Shown here: piece after piece, positions 1-12,375 of the stretch
Layout of the letters: each line of letters opens with the position of its first letter
Numbering within the stretch: position 1 is the stretch's first letter
Source: Haliotis rubra
Lineage: Eukaryota
DNA length: 64,000 bases
Direction: 5' to 3'
NCBI RefSeq assembly: GCF_003918875.1
Contig: NW_025765173.1
Span: forward strand, 124,001-188,000
Program-made: the position numbers and the translations under genes
Notes under the pieces: generated by a model
Seen by the model: only the letters and a program-made list of their open reading frames with translations
Databases searched by the model: none
What the model was told of the DNA's origin: nothing

Positions 1-200
1 CTCTCAGCAATATTCCAGCTATATGACAGCAGCCTGTGGAAAACCATGATTGGGTCACACAATCCAGTGACTGATATTGTGAGGACTGTCAACCCCACGG
101 GGTATGATAACAATCATCCAAGTCACTGAGCCTGACCAACCAATCCACTTTGTTGGATCAAACAGCCAGCATAGGTTGTTGGTCACCGGTTTCCAAATGG
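1..200 (-). mobile_element. SINE family 2, degenerate
   Basis: CTCAGCAATATTCCAGCTATATG...AATCCAGTG...GAGCCTGACCA matches family 2. Confidence 0.65.
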
Positions 201-421
201 GAATCCCCACGGCTGGCTGTATACATACAGTATTTCTGCACCAAATCTCAAAATATGACAACCAATTTGTCCAATTTATTTGCTTTAGAAACCTTTTAAA
301 AAGATGTGGTATAGTACTGATTAGTTATCTCCCCTTAATAATAATGATTCTGACAATTCACTGAAGTACATGATGTTTAACACTACGGACATAACATATG
401 TATCATAACAGTAGAACTCAC

Positions 422-589
422 TGAAAATAGTATAAAATTCACAGATAGCTTCACGAATAACTTGTAGATCTACTTGAAAGCCAAACTGACTTGCTAGAGC
501 TGCCTGACAGTTGGTGAGTATTGATGGGTCGACTGTCGGCTTGAAGGGGAAGGGCAGCTTCACTGGAGACTCGTTGCTTACTGGGCCAT
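422..589 (-). CDS. IAP exon: linker plus start of a UBA-like region; the gene probably continues beyond the left edge
   Basis: Acceptor CCTGTTTCAG|AT (phase 1). Encodes DGPVSNESPVKLPFPFKPTVDPSILTNCQAALASQFGFQVDLQVIREAICEFYTIF. Donor A|GTGAGT. The AAL..FGF....IREAI pattern resembles the IAP UBA (MGF motif). Confidence 0.7.
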
Positions 590-1210
590 CTGAAACAGGA
601 GGTTACATGGTGAAGATGTTGCAGATATCAGCAATGAACACATACAAAGCTTTGCTTTTATTCACAGTCTCTATCATTAAGGATCTGTAACCCCACTTGA
701 GTGTATCAGGGCTACCTCCATTCATATATAATATCATAAACATAAACCAGAAAGTCAACTTAGGTCAAAACCAAAGTATTTGGCAATGGTAAGTAGGTAA
801 TAGAGCGTAAATACTTATAACATTAGTGGCATTGTGGGCACGAAAATGACTTATACCGATACCATGGCTTACAATGTTTACAGGTTATAGGTTAAATACA
901 TGCTGATGAACTTTCACGATCATCATGGTCATGTGTCCAGATTATGGAAATATAGATTTAATAACATGCTTATCAGTACTACTCTCCACTTACATACAAT
1001 GCCATGTACACTAACGGTAAATAGCAACGTACAGTCAAACACTGTTAACCTACATTAATATTTAAACTTATCAGAGGTTCGACACAACTGAAAAATGATG
1101 AATAAAGACAGCATTCAAAGAGACCTAGCTTTTACTTCGAGACAAACATAAATTTGAAACAATAGCATTTGACTGTTGGTTTCAAAATAATTGAGAGAAA
1201 TATCTCTTAC

Positions 1211-1241
1211 CTTCAGTTGGCATTTCACAGGATGTCATCTC
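1211..1241 (-). CDS. IAP 31-nt micro-exon (EMTSCEMPTE)
   Basis: Acceptor CCTCTTTAG| and donor G|GTAAGA. Its phase 0 to 1 exactly bridges the flanking exons. Not in the ORF track. Confidence 0.7.
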
Positions 1242-2155
1242 CTAAAGAGGAAAACGTTCAGAGTCATCATTACAATCAACCAGATTAACTGAGTCATGCT
1301 AACTGATATATTAGAGACATTTTCACAAACATTTATCATGTCTCTTGCTGATAATAGAATCATTCAATCAAATCTAATTGTAGAATCAATATTAGAAATA
1401 CTAGTTTTCTGATTGCACATAGTATGCTGGGCACAGATGCAGGATAAGTTGAGCCTTATTCAATGACAAAATCAGCAACATCACAAAAGTACTTAGGGAA
1501 AAAGCCTGCACTGGGAGCAGGTTGAAAAAAATCCCCATACCCAATGACTTAATTTCTCAACATTTTCAATTTTAGAATCGTCAGACCTTTAAACTAAGAA
1601 TACATTAAAGTCTTGTCTGAATACATATGTTATAGAATATAATACAAACACAACCCAATAATCCTGTATTGGTAATGCATAAATTTAATATCATGCTCAA
1701 TGTGTTTCCAAAATTATCTCCCTTGACTGATATGAACAATGTCGGCTTGGTTGAGGCATACATCTCCCACTGTTCAGACAAAGTGTCACCAGTGTTACTT
1801 TCACTCTCAACATTTGATTAAGTATGGACCAAATAATGGAAATTACCTGATCACATTAAACAATATTACAGTAATACATGATGACACGCCTTGGTTTCTG
1901 GAATTTGGAATTTCTGTCTCTCTACATGCACTGTATCCTCTGTCCTCACACATGAACCTATGCATCTTTCAGGTTATTTCACACTGGTTGACCAATGGTT
2001 GAAAGATGTTGTGTTGCATGGTGACTGTTCAGCAATGTGCTGGCAATTAGGGCCTCACCCTGAGAGTGTGGGTTTGAATCCTGGATAGAATGGAACTCTG
2101 TACTTGACTTAGAAAGTGTAATCCAAAATATAACATATTACTAAGTCCAGATTAC

Positions 2156-2319
2156 CTGTGTCTCCATGGCGAGTTGCTTGATGTCATGATACTGAGAGAG
2201 TTGTTGCAGGTAGAGACAGCTAGGGGAGTGTTTGGCATGTTGGACCAGTGCATCAGCATCTGTCTGCCACTTGCTGAGACTGCAGCCACAGGTGAAGCAG
2301 CTCACTTTGTCAAATGTTC
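2156..2319 (-). CDS. IAP exon: second half of BIR3
   Basis: Acceptor TTGCAG|GA completes Gly in phase. Encodes TFDKVSCFTCGCSLSKWQTDADALVQHAKHSPSCLYL with the CxxC...H...C zinc ligands. Donor CAG|GTAAT (phase 0). Confidence 0.9.
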
Positions 2320-2532
2320 CTGCAACAGTCAACACAACAATCAGCATTTTGATGGCACATGTTGAGTGGAATGTCACAAGATAAACAAAAAAATCAATAA
2401 CATTAAATCATATGTATTAACTCCATGAACGTTGACATAACATTAATAACAAGAACACCAAACTTGTAACTACAAATAATAACACGAACAATAAACTTTG
2501 TCATGTTAAGTTTTGCATCTCATAATACTTGA

Positions 2533-2698
2533 CTGACTGACTGAGTTTGGTTTTACGCCGCTTTTAGCAATATTCCAGCAACATCATGGCGGGGGACACC
2601 AGAAATTGGCTTCATACATTGTACCCATGTGGGGATTCGAACCCGGGTCTTCGGCGTGACGAGCCAACGCTTTAACCACTAGGCTACCCCACCGCCCC
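2533..2698 (-). mobile_element. tRNA-headed SINE (family 1), full length
   Basis: A-box TAGCCTAGTGG, B-box GGTTCGAATCC, short-repeat tail. Exact 12-bp TSD CATAATACTTGA. Confidence 0.9.
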
Positions 2699-3016
2699 CA
2701 TAATACTTGAAAACAAGTGGAAAAAGTAATTTGTCATGTTTAAGAATCTGTGCTTATAAGTGTGAAAATGAAAAGTCCATTTGTCAATATTTATAATATT
2801 GTTTATAATGTATATTCACTGCTTTACTACAGTGATACCTTGATTGTATTTAATTTAATTCAATTTAATTTGAACCAGACAGGCAGGCAGACAGACATGC
2901 ATACACACATACAGTCAACATGTACACCCCTGTAAAATGTCAACAATATCGTATGTTGGAGAATGGTGTCTAAAACATTGACCATTATTGTGAACTGTTA
3001 CCTGAGGATACACTAA

Positions 3017-3642
3017 AGTACTCACGGAAACAGAAATAAAATGTTTTTTGGCATTGATTTGGTCATTACTTCATCAAAATGGGTAGTTTTATTAACTTTT
3101 AACAAATATTAAAATAACTATGGTTTTCCCAACTTGGCCTTTTAATTTGGTCCTCTAATCATCAATCCAAATACCATTTTACAGGTAAAAATCACAAAAA
3201 TTTGAATATTTTCAACAGATTTAGGAACGTGTTATAACTTACGTCACAATCAACGATGGGTGGTAACAACTACCTGCAGCATTGATTAGACAGGAAGACG
3301 CATTCAAATATCAGTTAGGATAAAAGAAATAAAGGCTGAATGGTATATGACGTTTTTCATAAAATATATTATGAATGCCAAGATATGGAGAGTAAATCTC
3401 ATTTACATACTATAGCTTGTATCAGAAACGAACATTTTGACTTGATGGAATTTCAAGGGGTAAAAATGACATGATTTGATCTCCTGTAAACCCATCTATT
3501 TCGGATGATTTTACAAAAAAGTGTTAAAAACAAAAGTTGAAAAAAATTATAGTCATAGAATATTTAACAATCAAACTTAAGTTGTGATCAAAACTACAAA
3601 ATAAACTCCAAAAACCATTTTATTTCTATTTCCGTGAGTACC
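3017..3642. mobile_element. Non-autonomous DNA transposon (Kolobok-like) in IAP intron
   Basis: TIR (A/G)GTACTCACGGAAA(C/T)AGAAATAAAATG, flanked by CTAA/TTAA. Confidence 0.75.
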
Positions 3643-3879
3643 TTAATCATCCCTACTATTTTACCTGGAGTATAATATATGACCCTGTTGATGAAACATG
3701 TCACTGATAGAATTATAAAGATATGTGTTTAAAGCCATATCAAAGATCTTCTTAATTATAACTTAATTAAAACTGCCAATGACCATGCTGAGTGTCATCT
3801 ACTGTTTTAATTTGACACCATGCTAAGGATGGTCAATATGGTATGGTATGAAAAAATGTGGTAAATCAAGATGTTCAAC

Positions 3880-4861
3880 CTGTGTAATAGAAACCAGCTT
3901 CGGCAAGCTGCTGTGCTGTCGGATTCATTTGTGGAGGCCAATCCTTGAATGTTTCCTTCCGAACAGTGAAATCCTCAAAAAAGGGATTGTGAAACATGCA
4001 CGGCACACTCGAACTTGTTGTGTTGTTGTTATCTTCATCACTGTCACTTGATGTGTCACTGTCACTATGCTCACTGTCTCTCTCTATCAACTCTTCCAGT
4101 CGACATGACACATTACTTACATCAAAACCTCTGAAGAATGGGCAGTTTGGGCTCAGTGCTCTATGTATATCCTTCACAGGGGTAGTACACTCAGCTGTAG
4201 GACAGGTGGTTTGCTCACCACAGAAAACACATCTAACTTTATCGCCTGTCAACATGACAAATCCACTGGATGCTAGTTCTTTTGCTTTGAGACATGGTTT
4301 AGCTGCAAATGTGGCGTATCGCTTGCTTTCGAAAAGCATGTTGTTGCTGCCAAATTTTGGGATGAATGGCAGTTTGAGCATTGACTGAACCTGTGCATTT
4401 GTCAAACTACTGTCGTTTGTGCGTAGATTATCATCCTCTGGAAATAACTGACGTCGTACGATTGTAGATTCAGCAGACGTTAGGAACAATTCGGGCGACA
4501 ATGGGGTCAGAGATCTTGTAGAATAGGGACTAGATACATCTGTTTCAGCACTTGTATCATCGGCACTTTGACAGCTGAGGAAGGGACATTCTGGACTGCG
4601 ACACAAGTGTACAGAGAACGGGGACTCGCCATAAAATGCACTCCAGTCCTTCATGACAAGACCACACGAAAAGCATCTTACTTTGTCCCCATCCGAGCTG
4701 GGGTCCCGGTAGAATCCAGATTTTGAAAGCTTCAATGACGATGGAATTGGTGTTAAATTGGCGATTCCCTCAAATGAGGTCACCGGTTTTAGGGGGTTTT
4801 GACCAAATGATGCAACCCTCAGCATCTCTAACGACATGTCAGCACACGAAGAAGACTCCAT
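3880..4861 (-). CDS. IAP (BIR-repeat protein, XIAP/cIAP-like), first visible coding exon: BIR1, BIR2 and first half of BIR3
   Basis: The first ATG in the ORF is at 4861 (MESSSC); the track's start at 4900 is TTG. BIR1 is RVASF...GFY...DKVRCFSC...H...SPECPF. BIR2 is RYATF...LASSGF...DKVRCVFC...H...SPNCPF. BIR3 begins RKETFKDWP...LAEAGFYYTG. The exon ends ACA G|GTTGAA (phase-1 donor). Confidence 0.9.
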
Positions 4862-5681
4862 TGCGAAATACTCCAGGAATGATAACAACGTATAATCCAA
4901 TATTTTGAAAATATAAACAAAAATAACGATGTACCCTCAGTTGTCAAACAATGCGGGAAACACCACCATTTTGTGTTGTGGATATGATGTCAGGAATAAT
5001 AAGGGGAGATAATATTTTGCCTTTGTGCGATTGTGTACCACTAAACCATTTTCCGTCACGTTTTCGTGTCAGCTGGGAACTTTAGTAGCTGGACAAACTA
5101 ACAAACTAACAAACTATCATGTCATGTTCTTAGTTCGTAAGGAAATCATTTTCACAAACAACCTATGCATACGTGTGGAAATTGAGAGCTATTATGCAAA
5201 CAGTGAGCAAACTTACAATGGGGTTTTAAATACAAAGCCATATAATAATATAGGCTTCAGGTAAATAGATGTAAGGAACTAAGCATATCATATCAACGCA
5301 TTTAAAATAGCGGGCAGAGATGTAAGCAAGTCTGCTTCTTCAGAATTGGTTTGACGATAATGCCTCAAGATTCGTAGACATATAAAATATTCCTGAAAAA
5401 TGTTTTAGACTAATATGATGGCTGAAAGTTATCACTGGCAAACGTAGGGTCGTACGACGGATAAAAACCAAATTGAGCTACAGAGATCGATCGTACTTTT
5501 GATGATACAACACGTTATTCGTTTCAACTCTTGACTTCAGCAGGTTTTAACAGGTTCCAGTCAGTCTTGGCAGATGTAGGCCCACGTTAAAGTAATATTG
5601 CACCCTTACGAGAATAGCGGTGATTCAGAAGCACCTGTCGCGGTGACTCTTTCTGACAAGCGTCTCACGCTCATTCTGTCT

Positions 5682-5833
5682 TGAGTGAGTGAGTGAGTTT
5701 GGTTTTAGGCCGCTTTTAGCAACATTCAAGCAAAATTACGGCGGGAGACACCAGAAATCGGCTTCATAAATACTGTACCCATGGGGGGAATCGAACCCAG
5801 AACGCTTTAACCACTAGGCTACCCCAGCGCCCC
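5682..5833 (-). mobile_element. SINE family 1, internally deleted
   Basis: Matches 2533-2698. Confidence 0.85.
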
Positions 5834-6498
5834 GGGATCCCGTCTTGATCTGTCCCCACTGTGAGGTATACGTTCTTTAATGAAAAACGTTTCCATCGAG
5901 GGAACGTTATATTTTCATAAATCATTTTATTGTAAAAGAAGTTTAAATACTATTATTATCATTATTATAGAGAAATAAGAAGATGATTAATGTATTTAAG
6001 TCGTACACTACAGTTCAATAAAGATACACATATAATATCCATCTATATCCAAACACCCATCCCCGTGGCCTGTAATTTCGACTGGTTTGAATTGGGTTCT
6101 TCGCTATTTTCGCTGCGCTGCGCGAAACCTATTGGACGTTGCAAGAAGGAGAAGCCTTAAATATAATGAAAATGTATAGCCAAACTGTCATATGTTTGTT
6201 GTTGTTTTAATGCTTACCAGATTTGTAATGTGAAGGTATCGAGGAACATCATAATTATGCACCTAAAAAACTACATAGGATGACTTCAGCTACTTCAGGT
6301 TTACAAACGAACAGGTGATAACTCTTGGTTAAAATGTAACATCTGAGATAAATCAATGATTTAATGATTCACCATTTAAATTGGCTGTTCTGCTAGACAT
6401 TTGTCATACGCAGATATATAGTTTACCGTGTTCGTGGTCTAGTAAGCTATGACAGAAACCAGTAATTACCAGCACGCACATTTTCGTAAATCTACCTG

Positions 6499-6701
6499 CA
6501 TGAGACAAAATATTATGGATGTCAACTTCTTCTTTATTGTATACACAACGTTTCAGGGCTTTTCCTTGTGAATGACCTGACGAAGGGCAAGGAAAAGCCC
6601 TGAAACGTTGTGTATACAATAAAGAAGAAGTTGACATCCATAATATTTTGTCTAATACTTGAATACAACTTGTACCAACTTCTATATGCCTCTCAAGAAC
6701 C
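6499..6701 (+). mobile_element. Short palindromic Penelope-like element with hammerhead core
   Basis: Perfect 66-bp inverted repeat (6503-6568 / 6588-6653), AATAAA at 6618, a unique 3' tail, and an exact 11-bp TSD AAATCTACCTG (6488-6498 / 6702-6712). Confidence 0.8.
6571..6617 (+). ncRNA. Putative minimal type I hammerhead ribozyme
   Basis: CTGACGA (6577-6583), stem II AGGGC/GCCCT with an 8-nt loop, GAAA (6602-6605), then CGTT (palindromic minimal stem III with GUU triplet). Stem I is weak. Confidence 0.6.
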
Positions 6702-6795
6702 AAATCTACCTGTGTTTGAATAACAAAGCACAGGACTCACAGGATAACAACTTCTTGTTTATTGCATAAAGCGAAGTTTCCTACACCGTTACCAC

Positions 6796-6960
6796 TGACT
6801 GACTGACTGAGTTTGGTTTTATGAGGCTTTTAGCAATTTTCCAGCAACATCACGGCGGGGGACACCAGAAATGGGCTTCATTGTACCCATGTGGGGATTC
6901 GAACCCGGGTCTTCGGCATGACCAGCCAACGCTTTAACCACTAGGCTACCCAACCGCCCC
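6796..6960 (-). mobile_element. SINE family 1, full length
   Basis: Matches the family. TSD ACACCGTT(A/G)CCA. Confidence 0.9.
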
Positions 6961-7372
6961 ACACCGTTGCCAAGCTGAATGTGTACAATCAATGATGATG
7001 ATGGTTTTATAGATTTAACGTGCCGCTTTCCGACATAATGCGTATTTCGCACACGGGTGTACATCCAAGAGATGAGACGTATGTATATGTAGTATGTTGT
7101 GACAAGTAGCAAATTAACATTAACAACAACAGGTAATTGATAACAAGTTGCACATAACTGGAGGGGCCAGGTGGGGAGTAAGGACAACGAATAACATAAG
7201 TAATGAAACCAATACACGATTGATTTGTTAGTTGATTGGATGTCGGCTGGATAGTTGATTAACAGAGTCTGTTGCTTGATTACCCTTTCGTAGGCTGATG
7301 GTATGTAATTACGTACAGGGAAATGTTTTTGGTAAACATATTCCGATCAGATGTGAGAATTCAAGGGCCCTG

Positions 7373-7638
7373 GGCCCCGTTCCACAAAGCGATCGTAGCG
7401 CTAAGGTGATCGTAACTCCCATACCTTAACATAGACTTGCGACTGTCGTAGAGCTAAGGTGATCGTAACTCCCATACCTTAACATAGACTTGCGACTGTC
7501 GTAGCGCTAAGGTGATCGTAACTCCCATACCTTAACATAGACTTGCGACTGTCGTAGCGCTGAGGTGATCGTAACTCCCATACTTTAACATAGACTTGCG
7601 ACTGTCGTAGCGCTGCGATCGCTTTGTGTAACGGGGCC
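7373..7638. mobile_element. PIF/Harbinger-like MITE with internal 53-bp tandem array (about 4 units)
   Basis: TIR GGCCCCGTT(C/A)CACAAAGCGATCG(T/C)AGCG, with a CTG TSD on both sides. Confidence 0.8.
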
Positions 7639-10156
7639 CTGGTTGTCAACTCCCTTCCATGCTGATCCGAAACCCAGTTTATCAAGTCACTAACGCTATT
7701 TAGTGATTACGCCGCGTAACTTCAATGCGGCTAAACGACTGGGAGATGGAAGTTTGTTTCTTTAAGACTCTAATTAGTTCCTGTAAGCCACGATAGGTTC
7801 ACGTTCATGTAACAGGATTAGCTGTTTTTAATGCTCGCTAAGGATTGCAGCTTACATGAGTTCGTCAAACAATGCTATCCATAAAGTTATAATCTTTGTT
7901 ATTATCTGTATTGTTCGCTATAAGTGTTCGTCGGGTGTGAATAGCGGACTAAGTAAATGGTTGTAATGATGAAGGATCACCGAAGCATTCAGTTAATAAA
8001 TTCATTAGTTACTGACTACTGCTTGGATCCAGGCGCCGCAATTCGCTGTTCAGAGTTGCGTCCCTTAGGACCTCAGAAACTTGTTTCATGGTTTTTCACT
8101 TTCATTCACTCAGTTAACAACATTGCTATGTTAAATTTCTGCCCTATAATGAACATTATTGCAATGCACATACGACAACAAATAGATGATACATCAGAAA
8201 GGAATGTGTTTAAGGGTGAAAACATACGCACACAGTTAAGAAGATCAGATCTGAATGAATATGCAGCGTATTTCACGGCGTAAAGAGATTTCACTGAAAG
8301 GGGTAGTCTACCTGGACAGTTGTAACACCGACATTTATGTATAAACTCTCTATACAAAAACAGAAATATCGTATAAATTCAGTATGTGCTATATCCATTG
8401 TCAGACGCGCTCACAATATTCCTAAACACTATTCTTGTGATAGCTGACTTATAGAGAGACTTGTTTATATTAGTGTGTAAACTGTGATTCACTTAGGTAA
8501 TATACAAAATGCCGAAATATTTCAGTCATTTTACAAGATGACTGAACATTCTGTGGACTGACTAATATTATTAAGAAGTTCAAAAGGGCTCAAACAATAC
8601 AATAGAATTAATGTGCTAGAAATAGAAGCCCTAACATGGGGTAAAATGATAATAGAAAAATAATACATACTTTCATTTATAAAGGCCTTCTTTGGTTTTC
8701 GTTTTCAAACACAATATTCAGTTACTGGGTTTTAAATTCAACATGAAAATGTATTAAATTCGTTATCATAACAAAGTTTACATGGACATATTTCAGTCAA
8801 TTTGGAAAACGACTGATACATTTTGTAAATTGTCTCATTCCTAATTACAGTAATTTTACACATCCTCTCTGACAGATATGCATATCGAGTGCGTATTATT
8901 AGAGTATTTATATTGTAGTGATGAACGATTTTAGATTCCCAAACGTTGTTTTAATGAGAATTAAAAACACGGATGTAAAATTTGTCAGTTGAAACACTCG
9001 TAAAATCCACAGATAATGTATCAGTATATAACGCTGCGCTATTGAGTTTAAGCTGTCAGTGAATATACAAAAGTATATTTGCTTCGCATTGCACGAATGA
9101 CTAGGTACATATATGAGAATGGACGTGATAACATGTATATATTAGGCGAATTGCCGTTAGCTATATAATCATGTGATTTACCGATACATACACATTGTGT
9201 GATTGACCGCTACCTACAGTTCGTGTAATCACCATATCGACCTCCACCGTGTGTGATCGACAATTACCTACATTATGTGCCGTTACCTAAGTATTTCGTG
9301 ATTTACTGTGTTTGAACTTTACCTACATATTATATATGACTGTTACCAATATAGCTTGTGATTCACCTTCACCTACATTTTGTGCCGTTATCTACACTTA
9401 CCGTGTACCTAAAGAGACCCCACTCGTTGCTTTACTGGTCGTATATTCAGTTACACAGTACGGACATTTACCTACGTATTATGATGATGAAGAGTTATCA
9501 CACGTAGCTACGTATGCTGTGTGGATGACTGTCACTTAGACAGTGTATGTCTGTTATCTGGTTTTTGTAACTGCATGTTGAGATATTTAGTAATTGGTAC
9601 CTGTCCATACTTTACGAAATATTGTTATCTACCTGTGTAAAACGTGGTTATCCACATATCAATGCATATCATCGTATCATAGCTGTTTAGATAAATGTAC
9701 GTAATGTCAATCTCAAATAGTTGGAATATTGACGAGTGCGGAGTTACACAGCAACCCACCAAGCCAACCAACCAGACCTACATATTTGAACAACTATCGT
9801 ATATGCATGTTTAGCGAATGGCGGTTGCAAACCTAAACCTGTTTCATTTTTCATTATTCGTACGAGAAATCCCACAGTTAATTTGTACTTAAGGTTAAGA
9901 AGAAGCAACAGTATAACAACGACTGATTAGATACGACTGGTTGATATATTTGTGAACAGTACCCCGGTAGTAACGCCAAATACACGCAGAATACAAGAGC
10001 CGGATTAAAGTCGTTCACTCACTCGTCATACTTAACTCTGGACACTTAATGCGATTCCTGATCCTTCTATACAGGTTGTTTAATGCCGGACTGATCAACA
10101 AAAATTCACGCTCTGTTGTTTTCAGCGAATAATGGGCTGTGTACTTAGATCGGAAC

Positions 10157-10384
10157 GGTTTGTTTGTATGTTTATGTTATCACCGCTCTCAGCAGTATTC
10201 CAGCTGTCTGACAGTGATCTGGGAATAATCCAGTCTGGACAAGATAACAAGTGGCTGACAATATGAACTTTAATACGAGGACATGTGTCAACCAAGTCAG
10301 CGGACTGACAACCGATCCCGTTAGTCGCCTCTTACGACTAGCATGGGTTACTGAAGCCCGATTCTAACCCGAATCTTCACGGGT
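10157..10384 (-). mobile_element. SINE family 2 (pseudoknot-like head)
   Basis: Begins ACCCGTGAAGATTCGGGTTAGAA...GTCGTAAGAGGCGAC on the minus strand. Confidence 0.85.
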
Positions 10385-10453
10385 CTATACTGGATGGAAG
10401 CCCAGTGAGAGGGGGTCTTCAGAAACTAAACCAAAGTGAAATCTCGACTTTCC

Positions 10454-10633
10454 TGACAAATCTATGGATAAATTCTTTTATTTGTGAGTGCGACGTTTGG
10501 GTACAGATTCTTGTACCGTTGTCAAGCGGAATTAACCTCTATCGAACCGTCGCACTCACAATATAAAAGAATTTATCCATAAATTTGTCAATATACATTG
10601 TACTTAACAACTTCTTACATGCCACTCAAAGAA
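10454..10633 (+). mobile_element. Related palindromic Penelope-like element, older
   Basis: About 45-bp imperfect inverted arms TGACAAA.TATGGATAAATTCTTTTAT...GTGAGTGCGACG. Has CGAACCGTC and a tail AACTTCTTACATGCCACTCAAAGAA similar to the 6499 element's tail. Confidence 0.65.
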
Positions 10634-11556
10634 TCTCCAAGGTAGCCTTTACATGTACACCGACTAACCACACCATGGAAAAAGTGAATGTCAGGGTGAT
10701 TGTACAGTCGACATATTGTAATGCGTAATATACAATACATCAGCGAAGTTCAGACTGTTGTATCCTGGCCAAAGGAAAGCGATTTCACTACATGAATATA
10801 CACACACACATTTGATTAAAAGTTAGGAATGCAAATTGTATCATATCACGCGTGTTATCACTCCAGGAAATATGAAAACACAGTGTCACGTCAACGATAT
10901 GTCACACCTACCTTGAAGCGGACTAGTTTTCGCTGACCTGGTTATATTTATAAGGATTACGTCTCATGCTATGATGGACAATTTTACGTTACGTAACACA
11001 CACATTAAACGATTTATCGAAAACCCCGCAAACGTTAAACACGCTTAAATAATGTAATTGTGAACATATTATCGTGGTATCAGCGCGCCACACGCATCAG
11101 TCAAGTGTTCTAATCATTACATTATGCTTGTCATGTGCAGTACATGTAACCGGTTTCATAAACCATTTTCGGTTTACCTCTCCCGGATTCAGGAACTCGT
11201 TGATTTTCATGGCAATAGCACTGCCAGGGGCGGCCGTATCGCGGTGGTTGAACTGTAAAGGCGAGCGACCTACTCATCTACACTGTTTGTCTGTACAGGT
11301 AGATTTCACGCGGTTACTGTCCATGGCCGACAGGTGCTCGCTATTTCCAGTTGCGTCAACCCGTTTGTTATCACCAGTGAAATAGACATTGTTCAAAGGC
11401 GACACACCTCTCTCACACATGAGGCTTGGAATTGACAAAGCGCTGTGGATTTCAGGTAGATTTGAGTTACCTGACGCCAGTACGTGAATTAACATTTCAC
11501 TCTACGAAATGAACATGTAGTCAATTTCACCCCGTGACGTTCATTTCATTTTCAAA

Positions 11557-11761
11557 ATGCCTCACTGGTCGGAAAAAGGACTCCGGTATCAGTCAGGTGT
11601 GATGATACAGGTGGCTGGACTCTGTGTGTACGTGATCGGATTCGGCAGCCCCGCCTGGACACAAATATACTCGCTGTATAGAGAGGACAGTGTCACGGAA
11701 TACCATGGGTTGTGGCAAATATGTGGACAGACAATATCTTCGTGCCAGTTGTTCAGCCACG
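11557..11761 (+). CDS. Claudin/PMP22-like four-TM gene A, exon 1 (TM1 and extracellular loop 1)
   Basis: MPHWSEKG, then TM1, PAW-x16-GLWQICGQTISSC (claudin W-GLW-C-C signature). Donor G|GTGAGT, phase 1. Confidence 0.9.
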
Positions 11762-12225
11762 GTGAGTGACAGCTGTCAAGTAAACATTGTTTCATTACTG
11801 TAATTAGGTGAACATTTGTGGTAAACAGATGGGCTTCACCTGGTTAATGATTTATACGCTTTGTGACGGTGAGTTGGGAAGTGACGTGATTAAACACGGG
11901 AAGGTTTTATTACAGGAATGAGACTCTGCATTCACTGCATGCGATAATATGTATTGTAGAGACATACGCCCTCAAGATATGTAATATGTGCACGGTGTCA
12001 TATGTGTGACTTTAATTGTTTTTATTATCTGATTTTCGTTCAAAAGGTACACTAATTATATAGTCGACAAAAAATCCTGTTATGTTTCTGATGGAATTAC
12101 TGCATGAAATATTTCTATTTTTAAAAACATGAAAATATGCAATATTAAATGTATAAGATGTTTTACATACACAAAAACCATATTCACCCTTCTCAAGTGT
12201 ACATGACCTAACACTAGAACTATTT

Positions 12226-12375
12226 GGGTGGTGGTTAGCCCATAGGGTAAAGCATTAGCTCCTTTAGTCGACGTCGCTGGTTCGATTCTTCATATTGTTA
12301 CAATGCGTGGAGCCCAATTCTAGTGGAATATTATTGGAATATTGCTAAAAGCGGCTTTAATTTGTTTAAACACTT
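12226..12375 (+). mobile_element. SINE family 1, degenerate
   Basis: GGTTCGATTC...GGAATATTGCTAAAAGCGGC. Confidence 0.7.

Noticed and set aside
321-421. ORF extension EFYCYDTYVMSVV... as the IAP C-terminus
   Set aside because: It follows a strong GTGAGT donor at 421 and looks intronic. I found no convincing next exon within the window.
2533-2698. tRNA genes at the A/B-box sequences
   Set aside because: These are SINE heads fused to a common body and tail with TSDs; no clean cloverleaf or terminator.
3848-4388. Plus-strand ORFs overlapping the IAP exon
   Set aside because: Antisense shadows of the BIR-coding exon.
4862-4900. TTG start of the 341-aa ORF
   Set aside because: Eukaryotic gene; the first ATG is at 4861. 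An upstream exon cannot be excluded.
11557-11571. MPHW as an IAP-binding motif linking the array to the neighbouring IAP
   Set aside because: IBMs need N-terminal Ala (AVPI-like). Adjacency alone is no evidence of a functional link.
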